From: Pelomyxa schiedti
Lineage: Eukaryota; Protista; Evosea
Reading direction: 5' to 3'
NCBI GenBank assembly: GCA_020536535.1
Contig: JAHLWZ010000813.1
Coordinates: 1 to 64,000 of the forward strand
Length of the DNA: 64,000 nt
Shown here piece by piece: positions 1-11,000 of the stretch; position 1 is the stretch's first letter; each line of letters starts with the position of its first letter. The position numbers and the translations under genes are program-made. The notes under the pieces were generated by a model, which had not been told where the DNA came from, made no database searches, and was given only the letters and a program-made list of their open reading frames with translations.

Positions 1-830
1 CCATGTCCAACCCACTTCAGCTGTGCTCTTATTGTGATTTCCCAGGGAAGCCATCCCATAATGCCATGGGGCTGATCCAAGGCAAGCTGAAAGGTTCATC
101 ACTTCAGATGTGTGAAGCTGGCCACTTGCTCGGTACCCTTAACACCTGGGGTGACAGTTGCTCTTAAAACTTTGGCAATTACTTTGTTACAACAAAAGTC
201 ATTTAAAAAAAAAAGGCCAAGAAGAACGATACCGCTCCTTTACCAGTTCAGTGAATACGCCAGTGCTTTCTTCCACCTGAGAAACCAAACGTTCCTGCAT
301 GTGTTTTTCCATTATTTTTGGTAATTAGCATCTCCTTATTTTTCGTTTTCCAAGTCTTTTGTACGATTTCCCAGGCTTTGGTTTTCAGTAAGATCACAGC
401 CTCTGAGTTTGGAGTAAGTGGCGTGGCTGACGTTTTCACTGGGAAAGTAAGCCAGTTCCCGCCTGAGTTACATGTGAAGCATCATTGCTACAGCTTTCGA
501 GAATGCCTCAGACATGCAATCTGAGATTACTATGGTACCTGTTCCTCCAGCACATTCTATTGGTTGCATGAGTTGTTCCAGGTCAAACTCAGAGGCTGTG
601 ATCGGTATCCGTAAATGCATGCAGGTGCCACGAGGGTGCTCGTCACCCGCAAGTGACAGCCTCACAGCGGGCCTGGTCACACTCACCAGCAATGGCGATA
701 CTCCAAACGACACTGTCCCTCGCTGGTACACCACTGTTCTCGTTGTACCGCCCATCCTGTGCTTTTGGTGTTGGTGATGGTGGTTTCTTGTCGTCCGCAG
801 ACCAGAATCCACGGAAAACCCAGTGGGCAC
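1..830 (-). CDS. Hypothetical or degenerate coding region running off the left edge
   Basis: ORFs 468-830 and 248-439 give protein-like text (GTVSFGVSPLLVSVTRPAVRL) but are interrupted by stops; no family recognised with confidence. Confidence 0.25.
392..603. repeat. Perfect 20-bp inverted repeat, 172-nt spacer
   Basis: gatcacagcctctgagtttg (392-411) is the exact reverse complement of caaactcagaggctgtgatc (584-603). Confidence 0.95.
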
Positions 831-1056
831 AACACCATTGTAGTTATCCCAACAGTGAAGTGATAAACAACCTCAACACCGCTGTGCCGTTAACTTAAAA
901 AAATTTTCGTAAAAAGGTAAAAATTTTAACGGAGCTAGTAACTGACTATCAACGCCAAGAAGAAAAAGTGGAAGGAATGGTTGGAATCAGGTGAGGGAAC
1001 GAGCACGGTGCATTTCATTATGGAGCTTTGTTGTGTCTTCCGGAGTCCATATCATT

Positions 1057-2331
1057 TCAAAGAAATCTCATTACAGGCACAGACAACTTCACCGTATCAC
1101 TTGGAAGCCGATATCTGAGAGAGGCTGTTAGAAAAACCCACTTGCAGGGATGAGTGTGTTTACAGCTCGATATATGCTTACATTTGAGGACTGAAGTGCT
1201 CTGCTGAACCGTGGTTTCAATTGTGACTTTGTCAAGGGTCTTGGCAAACTTCTCTACTTTCTTTGCCTCCCTTTCTGCAGTGCACTGTGCTTCAGTTCTT
1301 GCTAGCTTCCTTTCCCCAGCCTTTATCACCAGATCGAGGAAAGGTTGCCTGTTGTGCAAGGACCTTCTTCTGGTTTCTCAGGAGGCACAGGCAAGCTTAA
1401 GTGTGCTATTCGATTTGGGGTCCGGCTGCTGTAGGTCGATTTTCCTGTGGTGACGGGATTGGTGCTGGAATAGCTGTTGGGACATATGGATGCGGCCCTT
1501 GGACTACCAATGCCTGAACAGCACTTACGTCAACCGGTTGTTGTTTGGGCTCTACTCACAATCGTGTGCCCAGAGAAGTCTTAGTAAAATGTTTGGCCGT
1601 TCTCAGTGCACACGATGCTGTGGATCACGATGTCGTCACGGTTCCTCAGATCTCGTCGCTCAAACCAAGAGATTGACTCAATGAGCCTGAGGTTTTGCAG
1701 GGTACAACCTACAGAGGGGTGTCCCCAGTGTTTAAGACACTTGGGATGGTTCGACAGCATACATGGGAGCTGAGTACCAGCGAGGTTGCACTTGATGGTT
1801 ACCAGAACGAAGGCCAACCCTAGTCTTTCTTTATTTTATTTACATATGTTCAAGGCATGTGCATAGGTGTGGACCCAGAAAGGTGGTTTAAGAGCAGGGA
1901 TGATAAAGCTGCCGAGGTGGAGGAACCACGGGGGTAGACACAGCTTCCAGGTGCCTCTGGTACCAAGCGCATTCGTGCTGCAACTCGGCCCACTCGGGGC
2001 CGTCATCTCCCAGGAGTCGTTCATGCAATCGCTTGGGAATGTGGTCGACAGTTGCTGGATCAAAGTTCGTCGTTGCGCCAGATCTTATGGGTGCACGTAT
2101 GGAGGTCGCAACGAGTTCGTTCGTCGGAGCCAGATTGGCGAAGCACCAGTAGCCCGCACCGTCAAGGACCTGTAAGTTTGTTAGCGCAGTGTGATTGTGA
2201 TGGCCCGAAGAAGGAACCATTGTGTGGCCATCTTTGTCTTCGAAAAACGTGTTGCCGTCGGGGTAGTTGACCTCGTATGCGTCCACCTCCGTGTCATCTG
2301 CGTTCCTAACGTCGCATGGTGTGCGTTCCAT
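1057..2331 (-). CDS. Hypothetical spliced protein; N-terminus resembles the pro-region of bacterial M6-type metalloproteases; 3' structure unresolved
   Basis: ATG at 2331; removing a GT-AG intron gives FFEDKDGHTM|VLDGAGYWCFANLAPTNELVAT. No HExxH motif found downstream. Confidence 0.4.
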
Positions 2332-2911
2332 GTACTGCTTTGTCCCTTTGTGTCGTGTTTGTTTGGGCTCGTCGTGTGGTGTTTTTCTTGTTGTTATCTT
2401 TTTCAAAACAGCGAGGTAGAAATCAAGAAATCAACTGTGAATCTGATTTTTGAACCCAATAGAATTTCTGAGACCCGGACTTATGAGAGAGTTAGAGAAT
2501 TTTTAACTCCCTCAACTGGGGCAGCATGCGTAGCCAGAGCCAGGGGTCCTGGGAGGACATGGAAGGATGCAGGAGCAAGGAGCTGGGGCTGGCTGCAGTA
2601 CGCCTTGCCGTTGTCATCCACATGTTTCACCTGAACAATTTTGTTAGCAGTTGGAAAGTAGAAGAACAATCCTACCCAACTCGAAGTAGCGCTGGTTGTC
2701 ATGGCTGGACTCCATCATTCCGGGTATCTGCCGGCATGTTAGCAGGCTCAGGGAAGGCTAGAGTGGGGCACAAACCGAATTTGGAGTCGGTCTGGAACAA
2801 TTTCCAAAGTGTCGGCTTAAGTCTGTGGAAAAAGTGAGAGGAAGAAAGAGGAAAAACAAGGAGACCTCAGCCCTGAAGTCCAAATTGGCTAGAACCACTT
2901 CCAAAAGTGAT

Positions 2912-3026
2912 TCCCCTATCTCCTATCCATCTGCGAGATGCCGATCGCTTCCTTACGAGAGAATGCAAGTCCATGAGTATTGTAAGGAAGCGATCGGCAT
3001 CTCGCAGATGGACAGGAGATAGGGGA
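2912..3026. repeat. 45-bp inverted repeat (1 mismatch), 25-nt loop
   Basis: Arms 2912-2956 and 2982-3026: tcccctatctcct[a/g]tccatctgcgagatgccgatcgcttccttac. Confidence 0.95.
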
Positions 3027-3397
3027 GGACGTGTAACTGCTGTAATTAATCTCTTTCCTGAGGCAATAGCCAGCATTTGGGCCACTAAACATAGCGAAGA
3101 GCATTTCTCAATTTGCATATCCTGTCTTAAGAGCATCACTGCAATGAACACGGCAGCTAAATTCCTGCCAAGAGGTAGTTCTAGGAGGTTGTGAAGGACT
3201 GGTTCAACATTATGCAACCCAAGTGCCCTGAGGAGGGATGCCATGTCTAAGATTTTGATGGGTTCTGCACTGCCACGGAGGAATCCAAGCTTGTAGGATG
3301 CCCCTTTGGTTGAGTGTTAGCATTATTCATGTATTCAATTGGAAAGGTACCATCTTCTGCGAGGCAATACTGGTAAATTTCTAACCTAGTGCCCACC

Positions 3398-3606
3398 CGA
3401 ATCTACACTCAACCTAATGTTCCTCCACTTGTCACAAACCTACTTTCCCAGCACCCTTGATCTGCAATTATATTGTGCAACTTGAAAGGAAGATCATTCA
3501 AGGGGCACCAGTCCCCCCCAGGTATCTCAAATGGCATTCCAAGGAAAATGTGCTGGGAAAGTAGGTTTGTGACAAGTGGAGGAACATTAGGTTGAGTGTA
3601 GATTCG
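3398..3606. repeat. Perfect 57-bp inverted repeat, 95-nt spacer
   Basis: Arms 3398-3454 and 3550-3606 (cgaatctacactcaacc...ctttcccagcac) are exact reverse complements. Confidence 0.95.
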
Positions 3607-4638
3607 AGTGGCCAGAGGGCCCTTTGGTAGTGACCTAATACACAATTTCTGAGATGCAAGGGGTGAAATAGGCTGGTGTTTGTGCACAGATTTCTTCATC
3701 CCGGATATATGACCCTTAAGAGCCTGATCACTGTGAAAATTCTCGTTCCTAACGAAGGTTGCCAGATCCAAGTTGAATTGCTGTCTGATGGTGCTGCGTA
3801 TTGCCTGTAGGCCTGCACTCGTAGTCTTATACGTGCCATCCCCGGCAAGAGCTCCCCAGAGGGGAAGTTGCCCTGGTTCCAGTGCCAGCAGTTCTTGACA
3901 GACTTCTTCTACTTATACTTGAATATCTCACTCAAGTGGAAAGGTCAGAACGGCAAACTGCGTTAAAGACTCAAACGAGAGTGTATCTCCTTCCTTTCTA
4001 AGTGTGGCCATATCGATCCACCTTTCGACACCTGGTGAAAACAGCGGTACACAGCTATAGGACATCACTGCATATAGATTCTCTTCTTTGCAGAGCCCTG
4101 CAGCTTCTGCAGATGGAAGTCGTGATGAAAAAAACCACCTGGTTTGTGAATGGTCAGTGGATACTAACAAAGAGAGAGAGAGAGCTACTTTGACATGAGC
4201 CTCTTCTAGAGCTTCGTAGAGGACTTGCCAAGCATATGGTTGCCCAACCCAGAGATCGGGGGGGATATGTGACTGAAAAATAGCCGAAGCACACGCACAC
4301 TCTGCACACATTGCTGAGATATGCCTCGGCCAGCCGGCCTGAGAAACATAAGTGCTACGGAATCCTTATCAAACCCCAGCTCTACAGCATCCACAAGTGC
4401 CTCTAAAGCATCCACCCAGTGATGCTGTTTGTTATTACATTAACGAATAGTATTTATCATTTCCTTATAATACAGGTATGGCATATAGGCTACAGCAGGC
4501 GATTTGGTGCGTTTTGATTCGTTTCGTTAATGAGAGGAGGCAAACCTCGAACGCGTTTTACGTCTCCAGGAGCCCCACTCATGCACCGGTCTCGTCTTTA
4601 CTTGCAGATCTGAGACCTGGAGGCTTTTGTCGTTTCCG

Positions 4639-5001
4639 CTAGATCTGCTGCGGTAAGACCACCATACTGTACATTATATAAAATCAATTCCCACACAGTA
4701 AGCTACTTTTTCATGCAGTATTTCCAAAACACACAAGGCCTGCTGTTTGTTGTGGATTCCAATGACAGGGAGAGGATCGACGAGGCCCGCGATGTTCTGC
4801 AGGGGATGATGGCCGAAGGTGAGCTGAGGGACGCCATTCTCATTGTGTTTGCAAACAAGCAGGACCCGAAAGGCCATGGCAGTGGCTGAGCTTTCCAACA
4901 AACTTGGCCTGCAGTCACTCAAGGCACACAAGTGGTTCATTCAGTCCACGTGTGCCACATCAGGAGATGGCCTCTATGGGGGCCTGGAATGGCCACACTG
5001 A
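4639..5001 (+). pseudogene. ARF: ADP-ribosylation factor (ARF1-like) pseudogene
   Basis: GKTTILY P-loop remnant with a frameshift just upstream, then [23 protein letters not shown]...FANKQD, a frameshift, and [13 protein letters not shown]...[20 protein letters not shown]. The WDVGGQ switch-II segment is missing. Confidence 0.85.
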
Positions 5002-5117
5002 AGTCATCTCACTTTGCCGAGCTGAAAACTACCAGTGTCATCAGCTGTATGTAAATTAAATTTTTATATTACCCAAACCAAAAACAACCCACAACCGAAT
5101 TTGTTGTTGTCTAGGCG

Positions 5118-7889
5118 ATGTCGTGGTTATTTGGCGCGGTTTTTCTGGTGGTGCTTGCACTGGCAGAGGCAGCAACTCACGGGCTTATGGGAGGTGCTAT
5201 GGTAGTGAAGGAGGAGGTTTCGTTGGCACTGAAAGAGGGACGACCCGTCGTGGTATTGGAATCTACGATCGTGGCTCACGGTGAGCAATTAAATACATAT
5301 CATTAAGTACTGGTAAATATACCACGTACGAAACCAACATGACATGGAACAAAAAGGGATGCCATTCCCACAGAACTTGGAGACAGCAATTGCTGTTGAA
5401 AATGTTGTCAGAGAATATGGTGCCATTCCTGCCACTATTGCAGTTCTTGATGGAGTTGTGCACATTGGTTAGCTCTCCCAAAATCAGTTGCATCTAGTTT
5501 GTGACACATATAACTTTGTGTTTTTACTTTCAGGGCTGAGTGTCTCTGAACTTGAATCTCTGGCAAGAAAGGGAAGTTCCGTTAATAAGGCATCCAGGCG
5601 GGATCTTGCGGTTGCAGTAGGTGGGAATCTGGATGCGGCGACAACAGTTTCTGCCACATCTCTACTGGCTAGTAGGGCTGGAATTGATGTATTTGTTACT
5701 GGTGGAATTGGAGGTGTTCACCGTGGTTTTGAATCTAGTATGTAGATAGTACCTCCATGCCATACCAATCACATTTTTAAATTGTTCTCCAAAAAAAATA
5801 GCAATGGATGTGAGTGCTGATCTCACTGAGCTTGGGAGGACCAAAATTTGTGTGGTATCAGCTGGTGTCAAGTCCATTTTAGATATTCCTCGAACCCTGG
5901 AATATTTGGTATTACTATCTGATTATCAATTTCTGACTGCAGGAAGGAAACGCAAGGTGTTACTGTTATAGGATACAGAACTGGTATAAAATCCAGTTTC
6001 CTTGATCTCACTAAGTTTTCCTAGATACTTTTCCTGCCTTCTTCACACCTAAGAGTAACAGCGTCGTATGTGTAATCTCGTACCTGTCTTCTGTGTAAGG
6101 ATTTCCCTAAGGTCCCGCTTCGGCTAGACACACCTGAGCAATGTGCCAATGTGATATGTATGTAAACTCAAAAAGCACCTACTACAATAATTATCTCATT
6201 ATATCCAGTGGCAAACGAGCTTCTGGATCTTCAGAGTGGTATTCTGGTGGCAGTCCCAATCCCCGAAGAAGAAGCCCCAGAAGGAGATATGGTTGAAAGT
6301 GTGATTGAAGCCGTACTGAATGAGGCCAAGGAACAAGGGATTACAGGTCGTGATATCACTCCCTTCGTTCTCAAGAGAGTGAATGAGCTTTCTGGCGGCT
6401 TATCTCTCAAGAGCAGTATCCCAAATTGAGAAGCCCCTCCTTTGTTTTCCCTTAACATACCTTAAATATTGCTCTTGTTAAGAACAACGCAAAAATTGGA
6501 GCACAGATAGCTGTGGCTCTTTCACAGAGAAGAGCTTTAAAAACAAATGTGGAACCACGGCACCCGATTGTCTTATTTGGTGGAAGCATTATTGATATAT
6601 CTTCACGGACATTGTCATCGTTTAACACAAAAACTAAATCAAACTCTGGAGATGTTTCACTCCACAATGGAGGGGTCGGCAGAAATATTGCAGAAGCTCT
6701 TACCCGATTGGGTGAAGGTACTTGGCTTCATCTCTACTTCATGTGTAAAAAAGGTTATAAGATCCCTTACTGGTTTCTGCCGTGGGTCAGGATGAATTTG
6801 GCGATTTAATACTGTCACAGTTAAAGGCCCTGAAAATGTCCACAAGGGGGATACTAGTAGGATCACAGGACCACCCAGTGCATACCGCGGTTTTTAATAA
6901 CATGATTGAGGGAGCCACTGGCGACTCCATTGCTATTGCTGAGACATCCATATTTGATGTAATTTCTTCAGATTATGTATGTTGACAAGAGTGCCATTGA
7001 CTTCAGTTCAATCCTTTAAGATTTCACTTTTCACCGACGATATTACCAGCTCACAAATTGTAATTCTTGATGGCAACGTACCTGTTGAAGCTATTGGGCG
7101 TGTTTGTGATATAGCACACTCCGCACAAGTGCCTGGTAATTACGGCTTCTCTCATGTATCTAGCGACTCATTCATCCAGTATGGTTTGAGCCCGCAACTG
7201 CGGAAAAGTCAAAAAAAGCATTGCACCCAAGGATCAATTCCAACTGCATTACTTATATTTCGCCAAACCGAGAGGAACTTATTTCTTTGGCTTCAGCAAG
7301 TGGAATTCCAGTGGGCGAGGCCCCAGAAGAGCCTGCATCTCAAAGTAAGTCAACAACAATCCCGTTGTGCTGAAACTAACTGTTGTGTACAGTACTGTTC
7401 TATAAAGAGCTTGGTGAGAAACTTTTCCTTCCCTTCCCGAGTCTCCGGGGTGTCCTGGTTAAATTAGGAAAGCTCGGAGCACTCACAATAACTCCTACAA
7501 CGTCATTGTGTAACTCCGCAAACGGTAAGTGCCTATCCACTACATTTAGCACGGAACACTTTGCTGCCCATGAAGTAGGCACACTTGTCGACGCCACTGG
7601 CGCAGGTGTGCTCTCAAACCAAAACATAAAAACCTGTTGCTTTACACAAACCGAATTGGCCGTTATACACCGCACCTCGCTTTACCTCAACCGAACTAAA
7701 CACCACTAAGGAGACTGCATGGCAGCAGCCATTATTGCACACATGCTGCCTCACCTGCGACACAATACAAACACACCTTACAACCTGCTTCCAGCAGCAA
7801 TGCAGGCCGGCCTGAGGGCTGCCAAACTATCAGTGGAGTCAGAGTACCCTGTATCACACCTCCTAAACAGTGAGGTGTTGAGGGACTAG
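5118..7889 (+). CDS. psuG-psuK: Bifunctional pseudouridine-5'-phosphate glycosidase (PsuG/IndA) and PfkB-family pseudouridine kinase; multi-exon; hydrophobic N-terminus
   Basis: [13 protein letters not shown]|[34 protein letters not shown] and GRDITPFVL are PsuG motifs; [11 protein letters not shown] and VDATGAG|D are PfkB motifs. Stop TAG at 7887-7889. Confidence 0.93.
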
Positions 7890-8090
7890 TGGCTTCCTTT
7901 TCTATAGCTACGTGACAATTTTGAGTTTTAATAAAAACTGTTTAGACAACAGCAGCTTTCATTCTTTACATTGTTTAGTTACTACAGTCAGTTCATTCAC
8001 TGACTGTGCTTGGCTGGGAGGCATGGGTTGAGCCTAGAGAGTACATACAACCCGGTTGTTGGTTGTTTGCCAGGTGACTGAGTAAACATG

Positions 8091-11000
8091 TCAGTGGTTT
8101 GTTGTGGGTTGTGAGGCCAACAACTGGGTGGGTGACAGAGTCAATGTTGGGGAAGTGGGGGTGAGTGGTGATGTGGTCACAATGTCATCAGCCAATTCCG
8201 GTGATGTGTAAATCGTCGGGCTGAGAGCGAGTGGAGGAGGGGGTGCTGGTTTACCCACCTTCACTGTCATTGTGTGTGTTGTTGGGGCTGGGGGTTGTGA
8301 CTTTGGTGGTACAGCAACCACAACTGGACGCTTCACAGGGCACCGCAGCGATGCTGCTGGAGCAAACGCGGCAAATGGTGAGTGTGCCGACTTGGAAGTG
8401 GTACTTGTGAGAGGTACAACAACAGGAAGACGGGAAGGAGCTTTGATGATTACATTGCTGCTATGTGGAGGCGGGGAGATATGTACAGTATTGTGAGAGG
8501 TTGACGTAGTAGTTGCAGTATTGACGGTCTTGCTAGTCTCAAGGCACTCTGGTTGGGATACATTGGTGTGGCCTGTTGACTTATCAAGTTCTCTTTCAAG
8601 AGGAGTGAGGACCACGTCTTGATCCCACAGGAAAGCAGCACCGTGTTCATACAATAGATCCGCAAAGGGCTTGAGCATTGCATTTCCATACAGGCCAACA
8701 CCTCTAGAGTTGTAGGTGAACGCATTGTCGGACATTTGTCGTAAGTCTTGAATAAGCTGTTTTGTTGGAAATTTTGGTAAGAAAAGTGAATGACTGTGTG
8801 TTGGAACCTGGGATCTATTGGTGTAAGCCTTAGTCTTGATTTTTTTGCTGATTGTCTGAAGGTCCATAGGCTCTGATATAATTTGCTTGTAATCGGTAAC
8901 AGCATCCGGTACTGGGTCATTAAATGACACAGCCCATAAGAACTTGCTAAGGCGGGTCACTGCGTGAGAGAGTATTTCTTCAAAATCTTGCTCTCGTTTT
9001 CTCTTTGACACCAAGGGAGTTGCGATAGGGGCAACAACAGGTGGAGGGGCTGTGATGACGGGGCTCCTTGGGGCAGGACTCCTTGGTGCAGGACTCCTTG
9101 GTGAAGCGTCAAGCTCATTCATGAACTGTGGTTCACATGTATCATCACCGGGTGACACAGGGGATGTTGGAGTATGATTACTTGGGATCACAAGAGTGAA
9201 CTTGAGCTTGTCTTTATTTGGTTGGGAAATTGGTGTAGAAGGGGGCCGAGCTATAGGCCTCTCAACTTTTATTTGTCGTGTTGTGTCAACGCTCGTTGTA
9301 CTTGAAGGGGTAGGTAAAGTCGGTGGAGCTGGGCTTGCAGCTTCCACAAGGTCAAGTTCAGTTGGTAAAACTGGGCTATACTGAGTGGCTACATGGGAAA
9401 TGGGAGTGACTGGCGAAGATGGAGAATTGGCGGCTGGTGAAGGAGGACCAGGTGAGCGTCTATCGCGCACGTCAGGGCGTGGCGTGGGAGTCTGACGAGG
9501 ACCATACAAAGGACAACCTTTGTTGGTTCTAATGTGTCCGACTTCTCCACATGCCTTGCATGTCAAATTATTTTTTGTTTTGTGAGATCTGCTCCCTCCC
9601 AGGAGGGTTGTCTCCTCATCTGCATTCTCTACTGGGGGAAGTTCGTCTTCCACTGGTTCTTGATTATTTACTTTTTTCTCCATCTTCTTTATAAAGCACT
9701 GTTGCATTGATTCTGCTTGAGTAAGTCTCCTTCTTTTTTCCTGTAAACGCCTCTTAGCTTTTCGTAGTTCCTGTTGTTGCTCTACCACGTCGCTTGTGAG
9801 GGTCGGTGGTTTCTTTGGGCCACTGGAGGCAGCCTTCTTCTTGGTTTCTGGAACAAGACCTGCAGCCTTAAGGGCAGTTGTTATGGGCACATAGGATTTG
9901 AAGAGCGTTTTCAAGACATGAGGAGGTAATGTAGTGGCTGGCTGGGGTGGTGGTGACACAGAAGCCGGAGCCGGAGCCGAAGTTGTAGTTGAAGTTGTAG
10001 TTGTAGTTGAAGTTGAAGTTGTCGTAGTAGTAGTTTCAGAGTCAGCAAACCAGTCATCTTCCTCAGGTTGCTTTGATGCCGGCCCAGAAAACAAATTCTC
10101 GAAGTCTCCATCTTCGGTGGTGTTATTTTCATCCTCACTTCTGCTGAGAAGTTGTAGCTGTTTATTGAAGATAAACTGTGAAGGCTATAAGAACAAGAGT
10201 CACACTAGAAAATAGCACACATTACATAGCCTTTCATAATGTTCGGATGCCCGTGCAAGAGTGGGATGGGAAATATTACGCGCAAATCTTGCCAGTTCTT
10301 TGTTATTGTTCGCTTTCACCCGAACTCGGGAGATCAGGTCCCAACGGTGCAAATTTGCCACTTCTTCTGCAGATTCACCACATTTAACCAAAATAGCACG
10401 AGCTGTTTCCAGAGGTATTTTGCGGAGATCAGAATCTGTGCCTTGCAGCTTAGGTTTTGTTGATTTTTGTAAAGTGGGCTCAGATCTCTTGGAGGAATCC
10501 ACAAGGTAACTGAACATTTCAGCTTCAAAGATTAATAAGAGAACTATTGGTAATTTTTTGCTTTACCTCTTTCTGAGGGATCTCCTAACCCTGTAAGCTG
10601 AAGGTCATATTGATGGTTGATGAAATTCGCGGTTAGGTTCCATGGAGTCAGCTCAACTTCATCTTGAAGGCGTTCCGCATTCTTTTTTAGTTCTTCATCA
10701 AGCAACAGGGGAATGATTTGTGAACCGAGGCTATTGGCATTCACTAATCTACGAAAGAGTGAACTTTTTTAGAATGAGGTGAAGGGATACTTTTCGATTC
10801 CACATTCATCTAAGCGTTCTATACCAAAGGCCATTGACTCAAAGGCACACATTCCCTCAGGAGTTACTTCTTCTTGTTTAGGTAGAACAAATCCCTGTTT
10901 TAATACCCAACAACCTGCACTATCGTCGCCTCCTCCACGCTGGAAGTCGGCACAGTCTTTCAAATGCTTTCTTATACTATTTTCTGTCAAAGCAGGAAAG

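Larger units (their letters stand above)
2480..4415 (-). pseudogene. Decayed coding region of unknown family
   Basis: Series of protein-like ORF pieces (4206-4415, 3928-4311, 3409-3771, 2867-3244) in changing frames with stops and no consistent splice solution; contains two long inverted repeats. Confidence 0.4.

Noticed and set aside
1-60. Minus-strand AQLKWVGH resembling a non-LTR reverse-transcriptase C-terminal motif
   Set aside because: Short match at the window edge, preceded by stops, with no YADD or other RT motifs.
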